This document shows, piece by piece, positions 1-8,900 of a stretch of DNA of 26,177 nt (positions within the stretch are counted from its first letter, which is position 1; each line of letters opens with the position of its first letter). The position numbers and the translations under genes are program-made. Source of the DNA: a virus (Duplodnaviria; Caudoviricetes); IMG/VR virus record IMGVR_UViG_3300010220_000007, positions 1-26,177 of that record; one strand, written 5' to 3'. The notes beneath the pieces were generated by a model, which was not told where the DNA came from, did no database searches, and worked only from the letters and a program-made list of their open reading frames with translations.

Positions 1-2231
1 ACCCCGGCCTTCCCCTCGGCTTCTTCGACGCGCAGATCCGCTGCGGCGATGCGCTCTTGGGGGTGTTCGACCTGAAGGTGCTGCAGAACGGTATCCCCGA
101 TGCCGCCTACAAGCCGCTGACGGGCGACGACAAGGACGTGGCGCGCCATTACGCGGCCAAGAACCGGCGCGAAAAGGCCGAGCGGGACCGCATCGCCACA
201 GGCTTCGGCTTCAACCGGGCGCAAGACCTGATGCGCGATTTCGAGGCGCTCCGTTCCATGCCAGAGGACACGGTTGAACAGATCGAGGCCAAATCGGCGA
301 AACTGCGCGCCCTGACGGCGCAGGGTGCCGCCGCCTGGCAACTCGAAACCGCTTGCGACCTTTACGTTTCGGCCTTCCTGCTGCCCAAGAGGAAGGGCGG
401 CCAGTATGCGGGGCCCGACGGTCTGCCCCGCCGGGGGGCCGAGACGGTGCCGACCAGCGGAACGCTCTGGGAATGGCTGCGCGGCGTGCCCCCCTTCGGC
501 CCCCTCTTCGGCGCCGCGATCGACGCCGCCCGCACCGCCCGCGCATTCCACTGGCCGCTGGAGTTCCCCGATGTGATGGCGCGCGGCGGGTTCGATGTGG
601 TGCTGGGCAACCCGCCGTGGGAGGTGATGCAGCTTGGCGAAGAGGAATACTTCGCTACCCGCAAACCCGAGATCGCGGCGCTTTCGGGTGCCGCACGCAA
701 ACGCGCGATTGCAGCACTCGAAAAGAACGCCCCCGAGAGTTTTGCAGAGTTCGCGCGCGACAAGCGCCAGTTCGAGGCCGTCAACGAATTCGCCCGCGAG
801 TCGGGGCGCTTCGATCTGACCGCCCGCGGCAAGGTCAATACCTATAGTCTGTTTGCCGAACTCTTCGCCAATCTTGCCCGCGCCCGCGCCGGGGTGATCG
901 TGCCCACGGGCATCGCCACCGATGCCACCACCGCGCCCTTTTTCGCCCATCTGGTGGCCGAACGGCGGCTGGCCCGGCTGGTGGATTTCGAGAACTCGGC
1001 CCCCTTGTTTCCCGGCGTCCATCGCAGCTTCAAATTCGCCCTGCTGACCCTTGGCCGCGACGAGCCCGCCGCGCATTTCGCCTTTTTCCTCACCGACCCG
1101 GCGCAACTGGCCGAGCCTGAGCGCAACTTCACCCTCTCGCCTCAGGCCATCGCCGCGATCAATCCCAACACCCGCACCGCTCCGGTGTTCCGCTCGCGCG
1201 CCGATGCCGAACTGACGGCGAAGATTTATCGCAACGCCCCGGTGCTGATCGACGAGGCCAAGGGGCCGGCGGGCAACCCCTGGGGCGTCGAGTTTCGGCA
1301 GGGCCTGTTCAACATGACCTCGGACAGTCCCCTCTTCCGCACCGCGGCGCAACTGGCGGCGGACGGCTTCACCCGCGACGGCAGCAATTGGGTGCAGGGC
1401 GCCACCCGTTATGTGCCGCTCTACGAGGCCAAGATGATCCACCAGTTCGATCACCGCTGGGCCACCTACGAGGACGACGGCGCCACCAGCCGCGACATGA
1501 CGCTGGCCGAAAAGCAGAACCCCGCCGCCGAGCCCCAGCCGCGCTATTGGGTGCCCGCGGCCGAGGTGGATCAGCGTCTGGCCGCCAAGGGCTGGAGGCG
1601 CGGCTGGCTGATGGGCTGGCGCGATATCACCAACGCCACGAACGAGCGCACCGTGATCGCCACGGTGTTCCCGCGGGCGGGGGTGGGGAATCAATTACCG
1701 TTGATGCTTTTCGATGCCAGCTCTGAGCCCGCCAAGCTTGCCGGGCTCTCGGCCTCCCTTTCATCATTGGCGTGCGACTTTGCAACGCGATTCAAGGTCG
1801 GCGGGACGCACCTGAACTACTTTGTGTACCAGCAACTTCCCGTCCTCCCCCCCGACTTCTACACCGAACCCCGCCTCGGCTTTGTCACGCCCCGGGTGCT
1901 GGAGCTCACCTATACCTCTCACTCCCTCGCCCCCTTCGCCCGCGATCTGGGCCATGACGGCCCGCCCTTCGCCTGGGACGAGGATCGCCGCGCGCACCTC
2001 CGCGCCGATCTCGACGCCTTCTATGCCCGCGCCTACGGCCTGACCCGCATTGATCTGCGCTACATCCTCGACCCCGCCGACGTGAAGGGCGAGGGCTACC
2101 CCTCGGAAACCTTCCGCGTGCTGAAGGAAAAGGAAATCCGCCATCACGGCGAATACCGCACCCGCCGCCTCGTCCTCGAAGCCTGGGACCGGATGGAAGC
2201 GAACGGCGAATTCACGGCGATGGGGATGTGA
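1..2231 (+). CDS. Eco57I/type IIG-like restriction-modification N6-adenine DNA methyltransferase (DrmMI-like), 5'-truncated by the window
   Basis: The frame is open from base 3 (PGLPLGFFDAQIRCGDALLG). It has FHWPLEFPDV...GGFDVVLGNPPW (catalytic motif IV, NPPW), a TRD-like region (YVPLYEAKMIHQFDHR, WRDITNATNERT) and the C-terminal ETFRVLKEKE...GEYRTRRLVLEAWD typical of these large methylases. Confidence 0.88.
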   Translation, partial: PGLPLGFFDAQIRCGDALLGVFDLKVLQNGIPDAAYKPLTGDDKDVARHYAAKNRREKAERDRIATGFGFNRAQDLMRDFEALRSMPEDTVEQIEAKSAKLRALTAQGAAAWQLETACDLYVSAFLLPKRKGGQYAGPDGLPRRGAETVPTSGTLWEWLRGVPPFGPLFGAAIDAARTARAFHWPLEFPDVMARGGFDVVLGNPPWEVMQLGEEEYFATRKPEIAALSGAARKRAIAALEKNAPESFAEFARDKRQFEAVNEFARESGRFDLTARGKVNTYSLFAELFANLARARAGVIVPTGIATDATTAPFFAHLVAERRLARLVDFENSAPLFPGVHRSFKFALLTLGRDEPAAHFAFFLTDPAQLAEPERNFTLSPQAIAAINPNTRTAPVFRSRADAELTAKIYRNAPVLIDEAKGPAGNPWGVEFRQGLFNMTSDSPLFRTAAQLAADGFTRDGSNWVQGATRYVPLYEAKMIHQFDHRWATYEDDGATSRDMTLAEKQNPAAEPQPRYWVPAAEVDQRLAAKGWRRGWLMGWRDITNATNERTVIATVFPRAGVGNQLPLMLFDASSEPAKLAGLSASLSSLACDFATRFKVGGTHLNYFVYQQLPVLPPDFYTEPRLGFVTPRVLELTYTSHSLAPFARDLGHDGPPFAWDEDRRAHLRADLDAFYARAYGLTRIDLRYILDPADVKGEGYPSETFRVLKEKEIRHHGEYRTRRLVLEAWDRMEANGEFTAMGM

Positions 2232-2232
2232 C

Positions 2233-3018
2233 ATGACCGAAGACATGACCGAGGTCAGCCTCGACGGCCTTGTGCGGCTTCAAACCGCCGCAAGCGATTT
2301 CGCGAGCGCAGAGGCCAAGCGGATCGTCCACGCCGTGATCGAAGATATGCGCGGGCGATCTGCCCAAGGCATGTTCAGCGAGGTCGCCGCCCGGCACATG
2401 TGGGATGAATACTGCTGGTCTTTGCAGGAAGGCCCGTTCGACGACGACATGGGCTGGGACGATGTGCGCCTGGGGTCGCTGTCCAGTGCGTTCGAAGGCA
2501 TGGTCCGGGCCGTGATCGAAGCCGAGATCGAAAAGCTGCCGCGTCATGCACAGGTGTTCCTGAGCGCCAAGGCCATCGAGGATGACCTCGACATGGACGA
2601 GGACGCACTGGGCAGCATCTGGCTGGACGGGATCGTCGCCCTGATCATCGAGGGGGTGAACGGCGAAGCCTCGGGACGGAACCTGGACCTGATCGGGCCC
2701 GCGCGTGGTGACGTGATCGGCTACGAGGTTGAAGGCTCCGGAACCGTCTGGTCGGCGCTGTCCGATCGGGGCGAAGCGATGGAACTTGTCCAGTCGCACG
2801 TCGACGAGCTGATCGATCCGGACGGCGATCTTTCCGAACTGGCGGCAGAAATGGCAGATGCGTTCATGCTCGCCTTCACTGAGGCGTTGCAGGACACGGT
2901 CTTTGTCGAAGTTCTTGAGATGTTTGACGCCGATATCAAGACCATGCTGGCCGATGGCCATATCATGGAGATGCTTGAAGACATGCGGGCGAGTCTTCTC
3001 GAACGGGTGGACGGATAA
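2233..3018 (+). CDS. Hypothetical highly acidic protein (261 aa)
   Basis: Starts 1 nt after the methylase stop and has coding-like codon usage. Manual count is about 58 Asp/Glu against about 17 Lys/Arg. No family recognised. Confidence 0.8.
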   Translation: MTEDMTEVSLDGLVRLQTAASDFASAEAKRIVHAVIEDMRGRSAQGMFSEVAARHMWDEYCWSLQEGPFDDDMGWDDVRLGSLSSAFEGMVRAVIEAEIEKLPRHAQVFLSAKAIEDDLDMDEDALGSIWLDGIVALIIEGVNGEASGRNLDLIGPARGDVIGYEVEGSGTVWSALSDRGEAMELVQSHVDELIDPDGDLSELAAEMADAFMLAFTEALQDTVFVEVLEMFDADIKTMLADGHIMEMLEDMRASLLERVDG

Positions 3019-3023
3019 TTGCC

Positions 3024-3788
3024 GTGCTAATCCAGTCACCGCAGAGCTTCGTCGTCTCGCAGGAATGCCAGAAGGTTGCCTGGCAGAACGGCTATCGCCG
3101 CGCCTTGGGCGAAACGGACGGCTGGGTGCGCTACGGGTCAACCACCGCGAAGGGCACGGTGTGGTTCGCGGCGGCCGGACACGATGGGCCATGGTTTCTG
3201 GCCCTCGATCATCCTGGCATCGTCGAGGATCTGAACCTGCCCAGGGCCAACATGCCGGGCCCGGGCCTCGTGCGCTACTCCTTCCCGAGCCTGACCGCGC
3301 TTTATGCCGTGATGCCAAGGGTCTACCAGTTGGGCGTGACGCTGCCCGATGGCCCGCTCGAGGAGTTCCGCGCGGCGGTCGCGAACCTGCCCAAGAGCAC
3401 CGAAGCGGAGAGGCTGATCATCCAGCGCGTTGGTCAGGATATCTTCCGCGACCGTCTAATGACCTACTGGCAAGGCCGCTGCCCGCTGACCGGGATCACC
3501 GATCCGGCGCTCTTGCGCGCAAGCCACATCATCGCCTGGAAGGATTGCGCCAGCGACGCCGACCGGCTGGACGTGCACAACGGCCTGCTGCTTTCGGCCC
3601 TTTGGGATGCGGCCTTCGACCGGGGGCTGGTGACGTTCGATGATGAGGGACTTCCGCAATTCTCACCCAAGCTGAGCGAGACGGCGCGCGCAGAGCTGCG
3701 CTGGCAATCTCCCATCCCGTTAACCGACAAACACCGCGCCCGCCTTGTCTGGCATCGGACAGAAGCCTTTGAGGACATCGAACCATGA
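3024..3788 (+). CDS. HNH endonuclease (HNH_2-like C-terminal domain) with an uncharacterised N-terminal domain
   Basis: RVGQDIFRDRL...CPLTG...LRASHIIAW...RLDVHNGLLLSALWDAAFDRGLVTF is the typical putative-restriction HNH signature. GTG start 5 nt after the previous stop. Confidence 0.88.
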   Translation: MLIQSPQSFVVSQECQKVAWQNGYRRALGETDGWVRYGSTTAKGTVWFAAAGHDGPWFLALDHPGIVEDLNLPRANMPGPGLVRYSFPSLTALYAVMPRVYQLGVTLPDGPLEEFRAAVANLPKSTEAERLIIQRVGQDIFRDRLMTYWQGRCPLTGITDPALLRASHIIAWKDCASDADRLDVHNGLLLSALWDAAFDRGLVTFDDEGLPQFSPKLSETARAELRWQSPIPLTDKHRARLVWHRTEAFEDIEP

Positions 3789-3904
3789 AACCCCGCTCAA
3801 TCCACTGACAGGTGCACAATTGTGCCCATCGCCGCACGAGACAGGTGCCGCCTTGCCGTGCCACTATTCCGGCGCAGCGAATCCCTGCCGCTCCTTGAAA
3901 CCGT

Positions 3905-4000
3905 GAACCTGTGAGCCGGGCCGGGCGATGCGCTGCGGTTGAGGCGTTCGGCGCTTCCCGTTTTGATGTCGCCCGGCCCGGGCTTCACACGAGTTGGTTC
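3905..4000. repeat. Long imperfect inverted repeat / structured element between convergent genes
   Basis: CCGGGCCGGGCGA (3916-3928) is the exact reverse complement of TCGCCCGGCCCGG (3969-3981). Outer pairs are TGTGA/TCACA and GAACC/GGTTC. There is an inner small hairpin at 3941-3957. Confidence 0.7.
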
Positions 4001-4014
4001 TCCATGAAGCCGTA

Positions 4015-5940
4015 TCAGAAGTCCGTCTCGACATAGACACCCGAGCAGTCATAGGCGACGGCGGCGGCGGTGCTGCCGTTGTTGAGGTAGTTGCGCGGGC
4101 TCAGAAGCTGGGTCGCCGCGGGCATGTCGGTGGTGATCGTCGTCTCGGCGACCGCGCCCGAGACTTCCTCGACCACGCGGATCCCGACCGCGCTGTCGTT
4201 CGGGGCCGCGGCGATGTAGAGCGTCAGGACATTCGTCGTGCTGGCCACGGGGAAGCCCGCGCCGAGGTCGATCAGGGTCGGTGCGCCGGTGCCGTCGTTG
4301 TGCACGATCTGCCAGTTGGCATGGGTGCCACGCTCGAACCCGAGGCCCAGCGCGTTGACGACAGCCGAGAGCGTCAGGGTGGTGGACAGCGCCGCAACCG
4401 ATCCGATCAGGCCGAAGAACCCCATGCCCGTTGGCTGCAGCGTGACCAGCGACAGCCGGTTCACATAGGTGAAGCCGCCAAGGCCATCCGCATTACCGCG
4501 CCAGCAGACCCAGCCCGCGGACCGCTCCTCGGCCGCCGCCCCGGCCGTGGCCGCCGAGGTCATCCGCCAGCGGCGCATGGAGGTGGAGAGGTTGGTCGTG
4601 GCCAGTGTCGGCGTCGCCGCCGTGCCGACGGCCGTGCGCGGCATGCCGTTGGTGTTGATCGTGGTGCTGGTCGATGGCGCCCAGGTCGCGATCCGGTTCA
4701 CCCCGAAATGCGGCTGGAGCGGGAAATGGCGGCCCGAGGGGCGTTCGACGTCGAGCCAGCCCATCCCCGCCCGGTCGCGGGCATAGAGCGCGAGTTTGCC
4801 TGCGGGCGGCGGCGAGGGGACGGCATCATGGGCGGGCAGGACCACCGGTTCGGCCAGTTCGACGCGACCGTTGGTGCGGTCGATCCTGATGGCATCGAAG
4901 AAGGCCGACCCGTCCGGGCTGACCTTGAAGCTGAAGTCGTCGTTGCCGAGAAGGCCGATCAGTGCCCGCGCCGAAAACCCTGTCTTGAAGGCAAAGGCCG
5001 CGTCGTTCGCCGGGGCAGCCTTGTTGACTGTCGCCTCGATGCCCGAGCCTGCGTTGTTCAGGAGCACGGCCGGTGTGTTCACCGACAGCCGGTTGTAGCT
5101 GTCGGCCGTGGCCCCGCCGAGGCCGAGAAGCTGCACGGTCAGGTTCGCCTGCGGCATGCCGACCTGCGTCACCGCATTGGCGAAAGTCACAGTGGGCGTG
5201 TTCACCACCGTGGTGCCCCCGGCCCCGGCTGTGGCCGAGCCGATGTTCACGACCGTGGTCGACCCGGACGCGCCGCCGGTGCCGATATTCACGGTCTTTG
5301 TGAAGCCCGTGGTCGTGGCCCCGGTGCCCATCCCGTAGGTGGCGGTCGTCGTTGCCGTCCCAATCGAGGCACTGGCCGCCGAGACAGTGACGGTCCCGGA
5401 CGCCGTCAGAGTCCCCGAAAACGTCTTGTTGCCGGTGAAGGTTTGCGTTCCCGCGAGGATCGCCAGCTCCGACGAGGTGTTGGGCAGAGTGAAACTGCGC
5501 GTGGTCCCCGCGCTGATCCCCGCCAGCGAGAAGGTGGCCTTCTTCGTGGGATCGGCATCGTTCACCAGGCTGAACACGGCGTCCGAAACGTCGCGCGGCT
5601 CGCCCACCACCTCCCAAGCGCTGCCGGTCCAGACGAGGAACAGGCCTTCCGCCGCGACCCAAACCAGCCAGCCGGTGCGAGGCACCAGCCGGATCCACGC
5701 GCCGTCAACCCAGAAGGCCACGTTCAAGTCCCACCCAGCCCAGAGGCCGATGGCGCCCGAGGCCACAAGATGCCGGTTCCCATCGGCGGGGCTGGCGGGC
5801 GGGGCCGTCCGCGTGCGGTCGAGAACGGAGAGCTGAACCATGGCGTCGAGCAGGCGCAGTGCCTCGTTGTGCGTGACATGCTTCTGCGCCTGCGCGGCCA
5901 GAAGGTATGGCAGGCCCAAATGGGTCGTGGTGTCGGACAT
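4015..5940 (-). CDS. DUF2793-containing tail fibre/receptor-binding protein (641 aa)
   Basis: N-terminus LGLPYLLAAQAQKHVTHNEALRLLDAMVQL...W.GW...W..L.PR.GW is the DUF2793 signature. It is followed by a Thr/Gly-rich beta-strand shaft and a distinct C-terminal domain. Last gene of the tail operon. Confidence 0.85.
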   Translation of the reverse strand: MSDTTTHLGLPYLLAAQAQKHVTHNEALRLLDAMVQLSVLDRTRTAPPASPADGNRHLVASGAIGLWAGWDLNVAFWVDGAWIRLVPRTGWLVWVAAEGLFLVWTGSAWEVVGEPRDVSDAVFSLVNDADPTKKATFSLAGISAGTTRSFTLPNTSSELAILAGTQTFTGNKTFSGTLTASGTVTVSAASASIGTATTTATYGMGTGATTTGFTKTVNIGTGGASGSTTVVNIGSATAGAGGTTVVNTPTVTFANAVTQVGMPQANLTVQLLGLGGATADSYNRLSVNTPAVLLNNAGSGIEATVNKAAPANDAAFAFKTGFSARALIGLLGNDDFSFKVSPDGSAFFDAIRIDRTNGRVELAEPVVLPAHDAVPSPPPAGKLALYARDRAGMGWLDVERPSGRHFPLQPHFGVNRIATWAPSTSTTINTNGMPRTAVGTAATPTLATTNLSTSMRRWRMTSAATAGAAAEERSAGWVCWRGNADGLGGFTYVNRLSLVTLQPTGMGFFGLIGSVAALSTTLTLSAVVNALGLGFERGTHANWQIVHNDGTGAPTLIDLGAGFPVASTTNVLTLYIAAAPNDSAVGIRVVEEVSGAVAETTITTDMPAATQLLSPRNYLNNGSTAAAVAYDCSGVYVETDF

Positions 5941-5961
5941 GGGGGTTCCCGTGGGTTGGGA

Positions 5962-8900
5962 TCAGAATTGCAGCATGACCGCGGCGGGCGTGCCGCGGCC
6001 GAGGCGGTTCGAGAGCTGGAAGATGCGGAGCGCCAGCGTCTGGCTGGGGCCGAGCGGTGCGCCCCAGTCGGCGGTCTGCTGCGCCGCCGAGTAGAGGACG
6101 GAGGCCGAGCTGCTGGTCAGGGTCCGCTTTACCGCCGCGCCATCGAGGAACTGGACATCGTAGCTTTCCAGGTCTTCGGCCAGCGGCACCTCGACCTGCT
6201 CCCAGGCATCGGCGACCAGCGCGCGGGATCGGCGCGTCCAGCGGATGGTCAGATCGCCCGGGGCGCGCGCTGTTCGCCACGGCTGTTCCACATGGACCGG
6301 GGCGAATGGAACAAGTCCCCGGCCAGTGGGGGTGAAGCCCATCGCGGCATAGCTTGCATCACTGACCGCCCGCGCGGCCGGGCCAACGCGCCAGTTCCAA
6401 GGTAAGCCAAGGTCAGCCTCGGCGATGGGCAGCGAGGCCAGCGCCGTATCCAGCACCACGACGCGCGCGCCAGCCGGGGCCGGATTGCCCATCGCGTATT
6501 CCGTTCCGCGCTGGCCACGCAGCAGACGGGTCAGGCGGTAGCGACCGGGGGCGATCAGTTCAGCCTGACCAGCCTGGACGATCTCCCATTGGCCAGCGGC
6601 GGCCTCGACCGCCAGCGCGTTGGCCCCACCAAACAGTGCGACGTCCGTCGCGCTCTCCAACGTTCCCGACAGGAGATCGACGACCAGCGCGTTGCCCAGA
6701 TCGAAGCGCGAGGTTGGGCCGGGAAAGAAGTCGAAAGCCAAGGTGCCGATCCGCGCCCGACTGCCGAAGGTGGTGAGCAGATTGAACCCATCCGTCGAGG
6801 CGCTGCGGAAGACGGCGATCTCGCCGGGCCAGGGGCTGGCATGGGCGGCGATCAGGGGTCGATGTGCGGCCACGTTCTCGTTGATCTGCGGAATGTCCAG
6901 CATCACCACCTCGGGCGAGCCGAACACGACGGGGCTCGCGAGAGAGGCCGGGCGGGGATCCCCCGGCGGCAGGTCATAGGCGGCACGGTCCTGCCGCACC
7001 GCCTCTATTCCCCGCGCTTCAGCATCGGCGACGGACACCAGCCGGAATTCCACCTCGCGGCCGTCATGTGCCAGCCGGATCACGTCGGCGGGATCAAGGG
7101 CGAGGCGCGAGGGCGGCAGGCGGAAGGTAGCGCTTTCCCGACCGATCCACGCTTCCATCAGCGCACGGCGGCAGCGGCGTTCGGCCTCCTCCGGCGGGAT
7201 CGCCATCGGGAAGGACTCGGAAGCGATGCGGGTGGTGTCGACGGTGATGCGCCGCGCCTCGACGAGCGCCGCATCGTAATCTTCGTCGGCGCGTGCGACC
7301 TGCCACTTCAGCGCCTGCGGCAGTTCAGTCTCCTGGCCACGGGTCAGCTCAAAAGCCTCACCCTCACGACTGGCCACCAGATCGTCGATGGCCAGCGTGG
7401 CGACCGAGGCGCGGCCGCGCATGACGAAACGGATTACGCCTTCGGTCTCGATGGCATCGAACCCGAAATGCCGGGCCAGCGTGGAAATTGACGCGCGCGG
7501 GCTTTCCAGCGCCCCGATGACATAGCCCTCGACCGCGCCCCAGAGGCCTGAGACGTCGATCAGGCTTTCCGCCAGCCCAGCGCGCAGGCAGAGGTGGCGC
7601 ACGAGGGCCGCCAGCGACACCGCGCCCAGCCGCCCGGTCAGCCAGTGGCCCAGCCGCCAGTTCGGCCCGTCCGTCCAGATGCCGGTCAGTTCCGGAAAGA
7701 ACGGATAGGGCCGCGCATCCCAGGTCCAGGCGGCACATTCCGGCACATGCACCATCCGGCCGCCGTAGACGGATGAGGTCGGGTTGTTCGCGCCCTGACC
7801 CCACCAGAGATAGCTGGCCTCGAGGTAGGCACGCTGGATCGCGTCATCCCGCCAGCCGCGGGAGAAATACGGGGTGAAGCTCTCGGACGACTTCGGATCG
7901 AAGAAGACGTTGGGCTGGTTCGTGCCCCGGTCGATGGCCGGGCACCCCAGTTCGGTGAACCACACCGGCTTTGACTGCGGCACCCATGCGGTGGGCGTGC
8001 CGATCTCCACCCCGCCCGGGCGGTTGAAATGCGGGTTCGACCACCAAGCACGCAGATCCTTGTAACGGAACACCCATGGCTTGCCTGCGGCCCCGTCAGT
8101 GATGGGCGTGCGGATTTGCGCCGACCGGTCGGCAGCCGAGGCATAGAACCAGTCGAAGCCCTCGCCGCCCGCGATATTGGCCTGCAGATAGCCCCTGTCG
8201 TGGATGGCTGACCAGCCCTCCAGAGCATCGGCATGGTCGAAGCCGTCGCGCCAGTCGGAGAGCGGCATGTAGTTGTCGATGCCGATGAAATCGATGTTGG
8301 CATCGGACCAGAGCGGGTCGAGGTGGAAGTAGACGTCGCCGCTGCCGTCGCCCGGCTGATGACCGAAATACTCCGACCAGTCGGAGGCGTAGCCGACCTT
8401 GGTGCCCGGTCCGAGGACTGCCTTCACATCCGCCGCCAGTGCCTTGAAGGCGGTGACGGCCGGATAGGCGCTGGCGCTGGAGCGGATGGTGGTCAGCCCG
8501 CGCATCTCGGTGCCGATCAGGAAGGCATCGACCCCGCCCGCGACGGCGCAGAGATGGGCGTAATGCAGGATCATCCGGCGCAGGCCCCAGTCACCCGCAG
8601 GGCCGGTCCAGTTCACGTTGTCGCCCGACACCGCGAACTGCGCCGGGGTGGCCACGCCGAAGAAGCTGGAGACCTGCGTGGCAGCGGCGGCGGTCTTGTC
8701 CGCGGTCCCCGCAAAGCCTGCAGCCGGGGAACAGGTGATCCGCCCGCGCCAGGGGAAGGAAGGCTGGCCCGGCACGGCGGCGTTGTTCGAATAGGGGTTC
8801 GGCAGGGTATTGCCGGGCGGCACGTCCATCAGCAGGAAGGGATAGAAGGTGACGCGCAGGCCGCGCGCCTTCATCTCGCGGATCGCCTGCACCACCGCGA

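Noticed and set aside
3789-4014. Prophage att site or Rho-independent terminator at the junction
   Set aside because: No tRNA or second att copy to compare within the window, and the hairpin lacks a following U-tract. The defence genes may be inside the element.
4015-5940. Diversity-generating retroelement or invertible tail-fibre cassette
   Set aside because: No reverse transcriptase, invertase, duplicated template repeat or alternative C-terminal cassettes seen in the window.
3994-6405. 803-aa + strand ORF (and similar long ones at 8233-10413, 15319-16515, 20844-22700)
   Set aside because: Antisense shadows of well-supported minus-strand genes in high-GC DNA, with biased low-information composition and no motifs.
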